A stretch of 24,000 bases of DNA from SAR116 cluster bacterium. GTDB lineage: Bacteria; Pseudomonadota; Alphaproteobacteria; Puniceispirillales; GCA-002684695. Positions 8,554 through 18,430 of this stretch are shown in pieces. Numbering within the stretch: position 1 is the stretch's first letter; each line of letters starts with the position of its first letter. Under the pieces are notes generated by a model. The model was not told where the DNA came from. It worked only from the letters and a program-made list of their open reading frames with translations, and ran no database searches. Location of the stretch: NCBI GenBank assembly GCA_002684695.1, contig NYVQ01000066.1, forward strand, positions 7,086 through 31,085, given 5' to 3'. The position numbers and the translations under genes were made by a program.

Positions 8554-9888
8554 TTAAGGTATCAGTGGTGACCATGCTGGATCTGATGCATCTGAGGGCG
8601 TAATTATTTCTCTCTCATTATATCCAGTTATATCTACCCTAAAAAGCCTTACATTACCACCAGTACCATCATCATTACTTTTTTCTTGTTTAAAATACAT
8701 TAAAACTCGTCCATTGGGTGCCCAAGTTGGCGCCTCAACTAGATAACCTTTTGATATTAGTCTTTCTCCACTTCCATCAGGTCTCATAACGCCAATATAA
8801 AACTGACCCTGATACATTTTGGTGAAAGCAATTAAATCTCCACGAGGAGACCAAACTGGTGTTGCATATCTTCCATCTTTAAAAGATATTCTCTTTTGGT
8901 TACTACCATCTAAATTCATCACATATAATTGTTGTGACCCTCCCCTGTCAGAATTAAATACTATTTTTTGTCCATCAGGTGAAAAAGTTGGTGATGTATC
9001 AATTGAAGGACTATTTGTAAGTTGATTAACCTCCTGAGAAAGCAAGTTCATTATAAAAATGTCAGTAAGCCCTTGGTCTGCTAAACTCATTATGATAGAC
9101 TTTCCATCTGGACTAAACCTAGGGGCAAATGTCATCCCTGGAAATGTTCCTAAAAGCTCTTGTCTATTAGTTTCTAAATTAAGTACATATACTCTTGGTT
9201 GATTTTGATAATAAGCTAAGTAAGCAACTTCTTGTGAAGTTGGTGAAAATCTTGGAGTTAAAACAAGATAAGAACCGTCTGTAAGGTATTGATGATTATG
9301 ACCATCTTGATCCATAATAGCTAATCTTTTTACTCTAGCATTAAGGGGGCCACTCTCAGAAATATAAACTATCCTAGTATCAAAATATCCTTCTTCACCT
9401 GTAAGTCTTTTATATATTTCATCAGCTGCAATATGGGAAATCCTTCTCCAATATTTGCTATCCACAGATAATTTTAGACCTGTTAAGTCTTGTTCTGTAA
9501 CAACATCCCATAATCTAAACTCTACTTCTACAATTCCACTGCTATTAATGGTTGCAGAACCAGTTACTAGAGCTTTTACACCTAAAGGATCCCAATTATT
9601 AAAAACTGGTCTTATACTTGGTGATTTTGGTTTTTCTATATATGCCTGTTGGTCAACTACATCAAATAAACCAGTAGAAACCAGATCATTAGTGATAACT
9701 CTTACAATATTCTCTCCTATATCATTTGAATTAGTTTCAGAAATAAATTTTTGGATGGCAATTGGAAGAGGATCAACATTGCCCTCAGTAATATCAACTA
9801 CTAAATTTTGAGCGTAAGTATTACTGCACATAATTAAAGATAAAATAAATATTAAATTTTTAATTATTTTTAACATTTTAAATTCCAT
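8554..9888 (-). CDS. tolB: Tol-Pal system beta-propeller protein TolB
   Basis: 444-aa ORF with a signal peptide ending NTYAQ. PD40/WD40-like blades repeat (FSPDGKS, FSPDGQK, WSPRGD, WAPNG). It lies between tolA and pal. The start may be M5 (9876). Confidence 0.95.
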   Translation of the reverse strand: MEFKMLKIIKNLIFILSLIMCSNTYAQNLVVDITEGNVDPLPIAIQKFISETNSNDIGENIVRVITNDLVSTGLFDVVDQQAYIEKPKSPSIRPVFNNWDPLGVKALVTGSATINSSGIVEVEFRLWDVVTEQDLTGLKLSVDSKYWRRISHIAADEIYKRLTGEEGYFDTRIVYISESGPLNARVKRLAIMDQDGHNHQYLTDGSYLVLTPRFSPTSQEVAYLAYYQNQPRVYVLNLETNRQELLGTFPGMTFAPRFSPDGKSIIMSLADQGLTDIFIMNLLSQEVNQLTNSPSIDTSPTFSPDGQKIVFNSDRGGSQQLYVMNLDGSNQKRISFKDGRYATPVWSPRGDLIAFTKMYQGQFYIGVMRPDGSGERLISKGYLVEAPTWAPNGRVLMYFKQEKSNDDGTGGNVRLFRVDITGYNEREIITPSDASDPAWSPLIP

Positions 9889-9893
9889 TCAAA

Positions 9894-10955
9894 TTAATAA
9901 TTACCGAACATTGTTGCTGGATCAAATCTAAAGATTAGAGTTTTCCATTCACTAAATTTACTTGAAGGCAAAGGCATTGGTTCAGCATCTTTAACAGCTC
10001 TTATAGCAGCATTAGCAGCAGCTTTGTAAAATGAATTATTAGCATTTAAACCTTTATTTACCCATTGTGCCTTTAAAACATAACCCTCGTTATTAAATTC
10101 CATAAATATGTCAACAATAAGGTTCTCAGCTCCAGCTGCTCCTATAGGTGGAGTCCAAAAATTGGCTATGTGTCTTTTTAATAAGTCAATTTCACTTACT
10201 CCAAATGGCTTTAATAGGTTTTTAGGTTTTGAGCTTACAGCACTTGCTACAAGATTTTTCATTGTTTCCAATTCATTTTTTCTTTTCTCTTTTTCAATTT
10301 TCTCTTTTTGATTTTTAACTTCTTCAATTTTCTTTTGTGCTTGAGTTTCTTTTATTTTTTCTAAAGTTTTCAGAACTGAAGTTAATGCATTTGGATTGGT
10401 TTTATTCTTATTAGCCTTTGCTTTTTCTTTTTGAATTTGCGGTTTAGAAATAGGTTTTTTAATATTTGATAAACTTAATGGATTTTCAGGCTTCTCACTA
10501 GGAACATTTTTATCTTTAATAACTTTTGGTTTTTGGACTGGAGAAACTGGCATAACAGGTTTTTCTGAAGGAGATACTGGTATTGAAGGTTTTTCCGAGG
10601 GTAATATTTTTTTACTAACAACTACTGGTTTTTTTGATGGTGTTTCCAATAGTTTATTTTTTTTATGTGTTACTTCTTCTGTTTTTTTTGAAATATCCTT
10701 TATTTCATCGTCTTTTTGGACTTTTTCTTTATTTAGCGGTTTTTGTTCCTCTAAGTTAGTATCTTCAACTACTTTTAGCATCTCAAAAGAAACAATAGTT
10801 AAATCTGGTGGAAGTTGTCTACCAAATTTTGGTAGACCATACATTGCAACTCCAATAATTAATATATGTATAAATAAAGATAAAACACTTGCAGATCTTA
10901 CAAGTGATCCTTCATCTATAAAATCTATTTGTTTAAATAAATTACTAGCTATCAT
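9894..10955 (-). CDS. tolA: Tol-Pal system protein TolA
   Basis: 353-aa ORF. It has an N-terminal TM anchor (VLSLFIHILIIGVAMYGL), a long K/E/P-rich helical/extended domain II and a C-terminal globular domain. It lies between tolR and tolB and overlaps the tolR stop by 11 nt. Confidence 0.8.
   Translation of the reverse strand: MIASNLFKQIDFIDEGSLVRSASVLSLFIHILIIGVAMYGLPKFGRQLPPDLTIVSFEMLKVVEDTNLEEQKPLNKEKVQKDDEIKDISKKTEEVTHKKNKLLETPSKKPVVVSKKILPSEKPSIPVSPSEKPVMPVSPVQKPKVIKDKNVPSEKPENPLSLSNIKKPISKPQIQKEKAKANKNKTNPNALTSVLKTLEKIKETQAQKKIEEVKNQKEKIEKEKRKNELETMKNLVASAVSSKPKNLLKPFGVSEIDLLKRHIANFWTPPIGAAGAENLIVDIFMEFNNEGYVLKAQWVNKGLNANNSFYKAAANAAIRAVKDAEPMPLPSSKFSEWKTLIFRFDPATMFGNY
10540..10599 (-). 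repeat. Tandem 30-nt in-frame repeat inside tolA, encoding SEKP(V/S)(M/I)PVSP twice
   Basis: Units 10540-10569 and 10570-10599 are 23/30 identical by my alignment. A third PSEKP copy lies further along the protein. Confidence 0.8.
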
Positions 10956-11370
10956 CAGGCAGTTTAGCTACTAATGCTACTTTTTCGTATCCAGCTGACT
11001 GTATTTTCCCCATCAACCCTATCACCTCACCATAAGGCAATAGATTATCTCCTCTAACAAAAATTCTTGTTTTTGAGTTAACTTTGGAAATTGCTTTTAA
11101 TCTTGGAATAAGGTTCTCAGAACTAACAACTGCATCTTGTATGTAAATTTCCCTGTTTTTATTAATTGTAACTATTAAAGGGTCTGCATCTGAATTGAGT
11201 TGATTTGCTTTGGTTTTAGGGAGATCAACTTGAACACCTACTGTTAACATTGGTGCAGTAATCATAAAAACAATTAATAAAACTAGCATAACATCAACTA
11301 ATGGAGTGACATTAATATTACTCATAGGTTTTTTTGATCTATATCTTATTTTTTTTAAATTTGAGTTCAT
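10945..11370 (-). CDS. tolR: Tol-Pal system protein TolR (ExbD/TolR family)
   Basis: 141-aa ORF with a single TM helix carrying the conserved Asp (NVTPLVDVMLVLLIVFMI). Its start directly abuts the tolQ stop with 0 nt between them. Confidence 0.92.
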   Translation of the reverse strand: MNSNLKKIRYRSKKPMSNINVTPLVDVMLVLLIVFMITAPMLTVGVQVDLPKTKANQLNSDADPLIVTINKNREIYIQDAVVSSENLIPRLKAISKVNSKTRIFVRGDNLLPYGEVIGLMGKIQSAGYEKVALVAKLPDDS

Positions 11371-12105
11371 TTAACTATCTTCATCTAAGCGTCTAGATAA
11401 AATTGCCATAAACTCCACTGAGAAATTTTCAAGTCTCAAAGAAACTTTTTCAATATCATTTGAAAATTTATTATATGCAGCAACAGCAGGAATTGCTGCT
11501 AAAAGACCTAAAGCTGTAGCAAATAAAGCTTCAGCAATACCAGGGGCCACAACAGCTAAAGAGGTATTTTTTGAAGCAGCTATTGCAGAAAAAGAATTCA
11601 TTATTCCCCAAACTGTTCCAAATAAACCAATAAATGGAGCTACCGAACCAATTGATGCCAGAAATGTCATTCCTCTCTCTAATCTACCTATTTCTTTGGT
11701 TATAGCAACTCCCATACCCCTATCAATTCTTTGAGATAATGAAGCTTTAAAATTATCACCTTTCGATACTAGTCCAGAATTAGTGGCTCTTCTCCATTCT
11801 TGCATTGCTGACGAAAAAACACTTGAAATGGCGCCATGTGACTTACGATTAATCTCATTAGTCATTTCATCATAAATATCATCCAAAGATGTGCCAGACC
11901 AAAATTCATTTTCAAAGCTGTCTGCTAATCTAAGCTCTCTTCGTGATAAAAATATTTTCTCAATTATAATTGTCCAACACCATACAGAAGCTAATAATAA
12001 AATTAGCATCACAAATTTAACAACAATATCAGCTTGCAGAAATAGGCTCCAAAGTGAAAGATTAGCCGACCCTTCAAGAACCTCTTTTACTACCTCTTGC
12101 TCCAT
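11371..12105 (-). CDS. tolQ: Tol-Pal system protein TolQ (MotA/TolQ/ExbB proton channel)
   Basis: 244-aa ORF with three TM segments and the signature [16 protein letters not shown]...[26 protein letters not shown] lies upstream of the ATG. Confidence 0.93.
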   Translation of the reverse strand: MEQEVVKEVLEGSANLSLWSLFLQADIVVKFVMLILLLASVWCWTIIIEKIFLSRRELRLADSFENEFWSGTSLDDIYDEMTNEINRKSHGAISSVFSSAMQEWRRATNSGLVSKGDNFKASLSQRIDRGMGVAITKEIGRLERGMTFLASIGSVAPFIGLFGTVWGIMNSFSAIAASKNTSLAVVAPGIAEALFATALGLLAAIPAVAAYNKFSNDIEKVSLRLENFSVEFMAILSRRLDEDS

Positions 12106-12154
12106 AATATTTATTTTCTCCTTTTGAATGAATACATATATTAAAATTAAGACA

Positions 12155-12592
12155 TTAGTGAGGCAAAATACTATTTAATGACTTTAATAAACTCTCGGGG
12201 ATTCTTGTAGCTTTCATATTTTTATTTAAAAAGCATAATGTTACTTCAGTTTCAGATAATTTTTTATTATCGTGATCACTAAAAATTAACTGATTTAATA
12301 CCAAAGATGCCTTTTTACATTGAACTAAATTGGTTTTCACATAAATTACATCACCAAGAGTACATGAATTTTGCCATTCACAATACAACTTTTTTACTAC
12401 GATACTTAAATTTTTTTTTAATAGTTCTTCTGCTGGGAAACCTAACTTTCTAATTAGTGCTGATCTAGCTCTTTCAACAAAATTGAGATACTTTGCGTGG
12501 TATACTATTCCTCCAATATCAGTATCTTCGTATTGAACTCTAAAATAATACAAATGAGATTTATCTCTAATTTCACCATCTAAAAAATTCAT
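12155..12592 (-). CDS. ybgC: Tol-Pal-associated acyl-CoA thioesterase (4HBT hotdog fold)
   Basis: 145-aa ORF with the motif [23 protein letters not shown], typical of YbgC. It is the first gene of the tol-pal cluster. Confidence 0.85.
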   Translation of the reverse strand: MNFLDGEIRDKSHLYYFRVQYEDTDIGGIVYHAKYLNFVERARSALIRKLGFPAEELLKKNLSIVVKKLYCEWQNSCTLGDVIYVKTNLVQCKKASLVLNQLIFSDHDNKKLSETEVTLCFLNKNMKATRIPESLLKSLNSILPH

Positions 12593-12595
12593 TTT

Positions 12596-13633
12596 TCAAT
12601 TATTGCTATTCTTACTATCTTCATAAACAAAACTATTTTTGGGTATTGGAAGGCCTAAATAATTCCAACCTTCTGAGGTTAAAATTCTACCTCTTTGTGT
12701 CCTATCTACAAAATTTTCTTGAATTAAATACGGTTCAATTACTTCCTCCACAACGTCTTTTTGTTCTGATAGAGAAGCTGATATAGTTTCAATGCCTACT
12801 GGACCGCCATTATACTTTTCTGCAAGTATTTTTAAATAATTTCTATCTATATTGTCTAAACCTTTCTGATCAATATTTAATTTGAATAGTGCAATATCTG
12901 CCTCTTCTTTATCAATTATATTTTTTCCATTTACCAAAGCAAAATCTCTTACTCTTCTTAATAGTCTGCCAGCTATCCTTGGCGTACCCCTTGACCTTCT
13001 TGCAATTTCATTAGCCCCATCTAACATTAACTTTATTTTAAGTTTTATAGAGTTGTTCATCAATATTTCCTCAAGTTCAGAAATTGTATAAAATTTCATT
13101 CTTAAGTGAATTCCAAATCTATCTCTTAAAGGAGTAGTTAGAAGACCAGACCTTGTTGTTGCTCCAACCAAAGTAAATTGTGGCAAGTCAATGCGTACAG
13201 ATCGTGCAGATGGACCCTCACCGATTATAAGATCAAGTTGAAAATCCTCCATCGCGGGATATAAAACCTCTTCCACAACAGAGTTTAAACGATGTATTTC
13301 ATCAATAAAAAGTACATCCCTTTCATTTAGATTTGTCAAAATTGCAGCTAAATCACCCGCTTTTGTTATGACCGGTCCAGATGTGGATCTAAAGCCAACC
13401 CCTAACTCATTTGCTACTATTTGAGACAAAGTTGTTTTGCCAAGACCTGGAGGACCAACAAAAAGAGCGTGATCCATAGCAACATTTCTCTTAACAGCTG
13501 AACTAATAAAAGTTTGCAAATTATCTTTACTATCACTTTGGCCAATAAATTCTTTGATATTCTGAGGCCTTATATACTCCTTAATTTCACTAAGGTCTTC
13601 GTCTTTTTTAAAACTATTCATACTTGTTACCAA
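12596..13633 (-). CDS. ruvB: Holliday junction branch-migration ATPase RuvB
   Basis: 345-aa ORF with Walker [11 protein letters not shown] and Walker [10 protein letters not shown]. The start may be M5 (13621), which gives an 8-nt rather than a 20-nt overlap with ruvA. Confidence 0.97.
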   Translation of the reverse strand: MVTSMNSFKKDEDLSEIKEYIRPQNIKEFIGQSDSKDNLQTFISSAVKRNVAMDHALFVGPPGLGKTTLSQIVANELGVGFRSTSGPVITKAGDLAAILTNLNERDVLFIDEIHRLNSVVEEVLYPAMEDFQLDLIIGEGPSARSVRIDLPQFTLVGATTRSGLLTTPLRDRFGIHLRMKFYTISELEEILMNNSIKLKIKLMLDGANEIARRSRGTPRIAGRLLRRVRDFALVNGKNIIDKEEADIALFKLNIDQKGLDNIDRNYLKILAEKYNGGPVGIETISASLSEQKDVVEEVIEPYLIQENFVDRTQRGRILTSEGWNYLGLPIPKNSFVYEDSKNSNN

Positions 13634-14234
13634 GTTTCTTTAGACATATTGAAATTAATTCAGATAACTTAAGATCTATTTCACTTTCTTCAAAAACACC
13701 TAGAACAATTTTTTTACAATTTGATTTATTATAACCTAAATTTGATAATGCTGATATTGCATCTTCTAAAATTTCTTTATTAGCATCATTCAAATCCTTA
13801 TTTAGATTTGAAAATAGTGGGTCAACTTGATTATTAGGAATTTTATCTTTAAGTTCATTAATTATTCTACCAGCTATTTTAGGCCCTATTCCATCTGCTT
13901 TGGTTATTGATAATCTTTCTGAATTTGAAATGGCAAAACTTAACTCATCAATATTTAAAGATGAAAATATTGCTAAAGCTGCTTTTGCACCAACACCCTG
14001 AACAGAAACAAGTAAATTAAACCATTGCTTTTCAATGGCATCATAAAACCCATATAAAGTTTGGCTATCCTCTCGAACAATCATTTCTGTTAAAATTGTA
14101 ATATTTTTCTCTATGTCTCTAAGTTTATAAATAGTTTTCGAAGAACAAAATATTTGATAACCTATTCCATTTACGTCAACTATTAGAAATTTTTCATCAA
14201 TTTGAATTATTTTACCAGTTATTTGAGAGATCAT
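13614..14234 (-). CDS. ruvA: Holliday junction DNA-binding protein RuvA
   Basis: 206-aa ORF with an N-terminal OB fold ([29 protein letters not shown]) and HhH motifs ([24 protein letters not shown]). Confidence 0.9.
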   Translation of the reverse strand: MISQITGKIIQIDEKFLIVDVNGIGYQIFCSSKTIYKLRDIEKNITILTEMIVREDSQTLYGFYDAIEKQWFNLLVSVQGVGAKAALAIFSSLNIDELSFAISNSERLSITKADGIGPKIAGRIINELKDKIPNNQVDPLFSNLNKDLNDANKEILEDAISALSNLGYNKSNCKKIVLGVFEESEIDLKLSELISICLKKLGNKYE

Positions 14235-14241
14235 TTTTTGA

Positions 14242-14829
14242 CTATTTGTTTTTTTCTAATGCTCGTCTTATAGCATTATTTAAATTATTGTTTATAGATT
14301 TATTTTTTGAATTTACGATTAAATTATAAGGGTCTAGTTTTTCATTTAGTGAATTAAACCCTGCTATAGCAATTGCTAAAGCGTCAGAGGCATCTAATTG
14401 TTTTACACTCTGGCCAAGTAATTTTTCTACCATAAATTTAATTTGTTTTTTATCAGCAGAACCAGTTCCCGTTAATGATTTTTTTACATTTCGTGCCGCT
14501 AACTCTTTGATAAAAATAGTTTTCTTTGAAGCCAAGACATTCAATGCAACACCTCTCGCCATCCCTAGTTTTAGTGCTGATTCACCACTCGCACTAACAA
14601 AAATTTTTTCTATAACAGCTATAGTTGGACTATACTTATTAATAATTTTTTCTAGATTTATAGATATAAAGTGTAATCTGCTTGCATCATTTTCGTTTGG
14701 CTCTGGAACAATCACACCATGTTCTATATGTTCAATTTCATTTTGGAAGTGTCTAATAATACCCCAGCCAGTATTTCTAATACCAGGATCAATTCCAATT
14801 ATTATTTTATCTTTATTTGATACGACCAT
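14242..14829 (-). CDS. ruvC: Crossover junction endodeoxyribonuclease RuvC
   Basis: 195-aa ORF. IIGIDPGIRNTGWGII carries the catalytic Asp and VIEKIF carries the second acidic residue. It follows the conserved yebC-ruvC-ruvA-ruvB order. Confidence 0.9.
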   Translation of the reverse strand: MVVSNKDKIIIGIDPGIRNTGWGIIRHFQNEIEHIEHGVIVPEPNENDASRLHFISINLEKIINKYSPTIAVIEKIFVSASGESALKLGMARGVALNVLASKKTIFIKELAARNVKKSLTGTGSADKKQIKFMVEKLLGQSVKQLDASDALAIAIAGFNSLNEKLDPYNLIVNSKNKSINNNLNNAIRRALEKNK

Positions 14830-14853
14830 TTAGTTTATGGTAAATTTTTAAAA

Positions 14854-15597
14854 TTATTGTTCAATCAAGCTCAAGTCTTTATCGTCCATCTCAAAATTAT
14901 AAAAAACATTTTGAACGTCTTCACAGTCATCTAATCCACTAACTAACTTAAATACTGCTGGAACTGAACTTGCTGAAATTTGAAGTAGATTTTTTGATTT
15001 CCAAATAATCTCAGCGTTCTCTGGGTCACCAAAATTCAAAGTTAAGCTTTCTCTAATTTCATTAAAATTTTCTAAATTAGTTATAATTTCGTAATAATCT
15101 CCATTCTCAATAATATCTTTCGTATCATTTTCAATTGAGAACTCTATAAATTTGTCAATATCACCAGCAGTTGATGGATAGATGATGGAGCCAACTTTAT
15201 CAAAGAGGTATGAAACACTTCCATTTTCACCCAAATTACCATTGAATTTATTAAATATAGTTCTTACCTCTGATGCGGTCCTATTTCTATTATCTGTAAG
15301 AGCTTCAACAATAATTGCCACACCTTCGGGTCCAAAACCTTCGTATCTTATTTCTGAAAAATCACTTAAATCACCTGATTCTGCTTTTTTGAGAACTTTA
15401 TCAATATTATCTTTTGGCATATTAGCAGCTCTACATGCAGCTATAGCAGCTCTAAGCCTTGGATTTCCATCTGGATCAATACCCTGTTTTACAGCAACAG
15501 ATAGCTCTTTACCAAGACGTGTAAAAACTTTCGCTCTTTTAGCATCTTGGGCACCTTTCCTGTGCATAATATTTTTAAACTTAGAATGTCCAGCCAT
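14854..15597 (-). CDS. yebC: YebC/PmpR-family DNA-binding transcriptional regulator / translation factor
   Basis: 247-aa ORF whose N-terminus MAGHSKFKNIMHRKGAQDAKRAKVFTRLGKE is diagnostic of the family. Confidence 0.93.
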   Translation of the reverse strand: MAGHSKFKNIMHRKGAQDAKRAKVFTRLGKELSVAVKQGIDPDGNPRLRAAIAACRAANMPKDNIDKVLKKAESGDLSDFSEIRYEGFGPEGVAIIVEALTDNRNRTASEVRTIFNKFNGNLGENGSVSYLFDKVGSIIYPSTAGDIDKFIEFSIENDTKDIIENGDYYEIITNLENFNEIRESLTLNFGDPENAEIIWKSKNLLQISASSVPAVFKLVSGLDDCEDVQNVFYNFEMDDKDLSLIEQ

Positions 15598-15615
15598 AAA
15601 TCTCCAAAAATTGCA

Positions 15616-16422
15616 TCATTCAATTAAGGTTGGTTTGAGAACACCACCAATTTGAATTGGATTTATATCTAATGATTTACCAGTATTATCATCAATTTCA
15701 ATGATTACACCACATATTGTAATTTCTCCTTCAGCAACTGTCAAATACGATTTTTTAGAAAAAAATCTATCTATTGCTAACTCTTTTTTCATACCAATTA
15801 CTGAGTCATAGTTCCCACACATTCCTACATCAGTTTGATATGCTGTTCCATTTGGAAGCACCCTTGCATCGGCAGTTGGAATATGGGTATGAGTTCCAAT
15901 TATTGCAGAAACCTTTCCATCAAAATAATTAGCAAAAGCTGTTTTTTCACTGGTAGCTTCCCCATGTAAATCAATAAATATAGCACTGTAATCCTCACCT
16001 AATTTTATATTGAGAAGTATTTTTTCCATTGATTTAAATACAAAATCATTTTGGGACATAAATAAATTAGTCATTAAATTTATTACTAAAATTTTATTTC
16101 CATTATCTAATGTAATTTCTGTTTGACCTGATCCAGGTGTTCCTTCAGGCATATTTGCGGGTCTTATTAATTGGTTAGTTTCTTGTATATATTTAATTAT
16201 TTCTTTTTGATCCCAAATATGATTTCCTGTAGTTAAAACGTCAATTTTTGAATTAAAAAATTGTTTAGCAATTTTTGGAGTTACACCTCTGCCTCCTGCC
16301 GCATTCTCAATGTTGACTATAAATATATCTGGTTTAAACTTATGTTTTAAGTAATTAACCTTTGATAAAACGGTATTTCGGGCGTCCCTTCCAACAATAT
16401 CTCCTAAAAATAATATTTTCAT
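15616..16422 (-). CDS. YmdB-like metallophosphoesterase (TIGR00282 type; 2',3'-cyclic-nucleotide phosphodiesterase family)
   Basis: 268-aa ORF that is colinear with B. subtilis YmdB from memory. Matching blocks are MKILFLGDIVG, NxENAAGGRG, TGNHIWD, LIRPANMPEGTPG, IDLHGEATSEK, GTHTHIPTAD and GTAYQTDVGM. Confidence 0.88.
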   Translation of the reverse strand: MKILFLGDIVGRDARNTVLSKVNYLKHKFKPDIFIVNIENAAGGRGVTPKIAKQFFNSKIDVLTTGNHIWDQKEIIKYIQETNQLIRPANMPEGTPGSGQTEITLDNGNKILVINLMTNLFMSQNDFVFKSMEKILLNIKLGEDYSAIFIDLHGEATSEKTAFANYFDGKVSAIIGTHTHIPTADARVLPNGTAYQTDVGMCGNYDSVIGMKKELAIDRFFSKKSYLTVAEGEITICGVIIEIDDNTGKSLDINPIQIGGVLKPTLIE

Positions 16423-16434
16423 CTGTGCAAACTC

Positions 16435-17019
16435 TTATTTCTTAAAAGGAATTAATCCATCTTCATCGATTACTGCATCAAGCGGGATATCAAAAGTATC
16501 TATTGGTAATTTTTTAAACTTTTGTATCTTGAATGCAACTCCGATACACGTAAAATTTTTTTTTGTTGATATTAATTTTCTTAGAGTTTGATCATAATAC
16601 CCACCACCATAACCTAGTCTGTGCCCTATTTCATCATATGCTAAAAGTGGTACTAAAATCATGTCTGGTTCAATGGTATTGCAATCTTGATTAGGTTCTA
16701 AAATACCATACTTACCTCTAATTAAATTTATTTTAGGTGTCCATTCTCTAAATCTTAATATTTTATCTTTCAATGGAGTAACTGGCAAACAAGTTTTGTA
16801 ACCATTAGAAATAAATACTTTCAATAATGGCAATGTATTGATTTCATTTCTGAATGGATGAAAACCAGCAACTACTGAAACACTATAATTATCTATAATA
16901 CTATTAAAATATTTTGTAACTTTATTTGAAACTTTTTGAGCGTAATGATTGCTAATATTTTTTCTTTTATCTAAAAAATATTTTCGTAATTCTTGTTTTG
17001 TTAGTATGACTTCAGACAT
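16435..17019 (-). CDS. 5-formyltetrahydrofolate cyclo-ligase (MTHFS)
   Basis: 194-aa ORF with the C-terminal signature LVPLLAYDEIGHRLGYGGGYYD. It lies immediately downstream of the 6S RNA locus, as E. coli ygfA does. Confidence 0.85.
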   Translation of the reverse strand: MSEVILTKQELRKYFLDKRKNISNHYAQKVSNKVTKYFNSIIDNYSVSVVAGFHPFRNEINTLPLLKVFISNGYKTCLPVTPLKDKILRFREWTPKINLIRGKYGILEPNQDCNTIEPDMILVPLLAYDEIGHRLGYGGGYYDQTLRKLISTKKNFTCIGVAFKIQKFKKLPIDTFDIPLDAVIDEDGLIPFKK

Positions 17020-17035
17020 AAATATTAATTTTAAT

Positions 17036-17200
17036 TAGCACGATAGCCGATATTGCCGATGGTTTCTAAATCCTATGTGGCCTGAAAAAACAGGTGGGTA
17101 CCACAGTAAAAAAGCCAAGACTTAATCAGAGGCAGTTCCCTAAGGATATATATTGGCCCCAGAGATATCTTACCTGTCAAACAAATCAGCTATCGTGTCT
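17036..17200 (-). ncRNA. ssrS: 6S RNA (approximate ends)
   Basis: The 191-nt gap between MTHFS and zapA has no ORF and is visibly more GC-rich than its flanks. On the minus-strand RNA, CACGAUAGCUGAU (complement of 17186-17198) pairs with AUCGGCUAUCGUG (complement of 17039-17051). That is 13 bp including one G:U, and the same position would be an A:C mismatch on the plus strand, which supports the minus orientation. Internal hairpins are also present, for example CCUG-UUUUUU-CAGG and GCCAA...UUGGC. The zapA-ssrS-(5-FTHF cyclo-ligase) order matches the established E. coli arrangement. Confidence 0.75.
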
Positions 17201-17210
17201 ATAATATAAA

Positions 17211-17519
17211 TCAAACTAATTTATCTGCAACTAATTCTATTCTTTGAGTAATGGTTTTAATTTCCTCTGCCAAAGATTCATAATTTTCTAGCACCACTTT
17301 GTTGGGTTCCTCCTTTAGTTTGTCTGCAATTATCAAACATGTCATTAAAAGTAACCTGGCATCACCAACTTGCCCCAAAGATGAAACTAATTTCTCAACT
17401 TCATTATTTATTAAAAGACTTAAATTTTTAATATGATCTTCCTGACCTTCGTCACAAGCAATTTTATAAGTTTGCTTATTTATAGTTATTTCAACAACAT
17501 TGTTAATGGAACTTGTCAT
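17211..17519 (-). CDS. zapA: Cell division protein ZapA
   Basis: 102-aa ORF with VEITINKQTYKIACDEGQEDHIKNLSLLIN...LGQVGDARLLLMTCLIIADKL, which matches the alphaproteobacterial ZapA consensus. Confidence 0.9.
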   Translation of the reverse strand: MTSSINNVVEITINKQTYKIACDEGQEDHIKNLSLLINNEVEKLVSSLGQVGDARLLLMTCLIIADKLKEEPNKVVLENYESLAEEIKTITQRIELVADKLV

Positions 17520-17522
17520 GAT

Positions 17523-17708
17523 TTATAATTTATCTAAATCTTTAATTAGATCTGAGACTTTTTCTCGAACTTGCAAAAATTCTGCTTTTAAATCGTTATT
17601 ATTTGTATTTTTAACGTCTTTCTGAACTTTATTTAAGTTATTAGCTTTTCTTTCAAGAAGATCTAAAGCTTTTGATAGTTTATTAATTTCTATTTTTAAA
17701 TTATCCAT
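17523..17708 (-). CDS. Small (61 aa) all-helical coiled-coil protein; possible ZapA partner (ZauP/ZapB-like)
   Basis: The ORF ends 3 nt before the zapA ATG on the same strand. Its sequence is heptad-like and charged: MDNLKIEINKLSKALDLLERKANNLNKVQKDV...LQVREKVSDLIKDLDKL. In Caulobacter a small coiled-coil ZapA-binding protein (ZauP) is encoded next to zapA. Confidence 0.5.
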   Translation of the reverse strand: MDNLKIEINKLSKALDLLERKANNLNKVQKDVKNTNNNDLKAEFLQVREKVSDLIKDLDKL

Positions 17709-17859
17709 ACAATAAAAAGAATATTTATTTATAAATTGCTACTAACATTATAATGAGTCAATGAAGAAATAAATATTATAATATTTTTATTGATAAAAAC
17801 ATTAATATAACTCATTAAAGCAATTAATGTTATTTGTTTGTTATATTGGGAATTTAAAT

Positions 17860-18426
17860 ATGAAAATTAATGGAAATGCTATTAAGCAAGGTAATGTTAT
17901 AGAGCATAAGGGATCATTGTGGGTTGCAGTAAAAACAAGTCACGTAAAACCAGGAAAGGGCGGCGCATTTGCTCAAGTTGAATTAAAAAATTTAAGAAAT
18001 AATACTAAACTTAATGAAAGGTTTAGATCTTCTGAAACTGTTGAAAGAATTATCTTGGAAGAGAAAAATGCAACTTACCTTTACGAGGAAAATGATACAC
18101 TAATTTTTATGGATATTGAAACTTATGATCAGAAATCAATTTCAAGGGAGTTAATTGGAAATAAATATCAACTACTAGAAGATGGTATGGAAGTTATTTT
18201 GAATACATTTGAGGATGAAGTAATTTCAATTCAATTGCCAGATACCATTAAAGTAGAGATATTTGAAGCAGATGCAGTTATCAAAGGTCAAACAGCTTCT
18301 TCATCTTATAAACCTGCAACTATTAAAAATGATATAAGGATTTTAGTTCCTCCTCATATAGAGAAAGGAACAAAGGTAATAATTAAAACTGAAGATCTAT
18401 CATATGTTGAGAGAGCCAAGGAATAG
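17860..18426 (+). CDS. efp: Elongation factor P
   Basis: The track ORF starts at 17827. EF-P orthologs begin MKI..., so I prefer the ATG at 17860 (188 aa): MKINGNAIKQGNVIEHKGSLWVAVKTSHVKPGKGGAFAQVELKNL. Confidence 0.93.
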   Translation: MKINGNAIKQGNVIEHKGSLWVAVKTSHVKPGKGGAFAQVELKNLRNNTKLNERFRSSETVERIILEEKNATYLYEENDTLIFMDIETYDQKSISRELIGNKYQLLEDGMEVILNTFEDEVISIQLPDTIKVEIFEADAVIKGQTASSSYKPATIKNDIRILVPPHIEKGTKVIIKTEDLSYVERAKE

Positions 18427-18430
18427 ATAA

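Noticed and set aside
17175-17180. A perfect TTGACA on the minus strand, considered as a -35 element.
   Set aside because: It lies inside the proposed 6S RNA body, near its 5' stem. It is more likely part of the structured RNA than a promoter.
17709-17859. Divergent promoter region between the zapA-side operon and efp. It includes TATAAT at 17749-17754 and an 8-bp inverted repeat (taatgagt at 17751-17758 and actcatta at 17810-17817).
   Set aside because: The region is almost pure A+T, so -10-like hexamers and short palindromes are expected by chance. No convincing -35 lies at the proper spacing. Promoters surely exist here, but I cannot place them from sequence alone.
17827-17859. The longer starts given in the ORF track for efp (17827, MLFVCYIGNLN-) and cpoB (7779, MIKKLGKGDE-).
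   Set aside because: The efp extension has no counterpart in EF-P orthologs, which begin MKI.... The downstream cpoB Met (7749) has a proper AAGGAG SD and begins a signal peptide. The shorter models are therefore preferred, though not proven.
17947-17970. The EF-P modification loop (VKPGKGGA, tip Lys), considered as a clue to an unusual EF-P modification pathway.
   Set aside because: No epmA/epmB/earP/ymfI-like gene is present in the window, so the window alone says nothing about the modification. It would need a whole-genome search.
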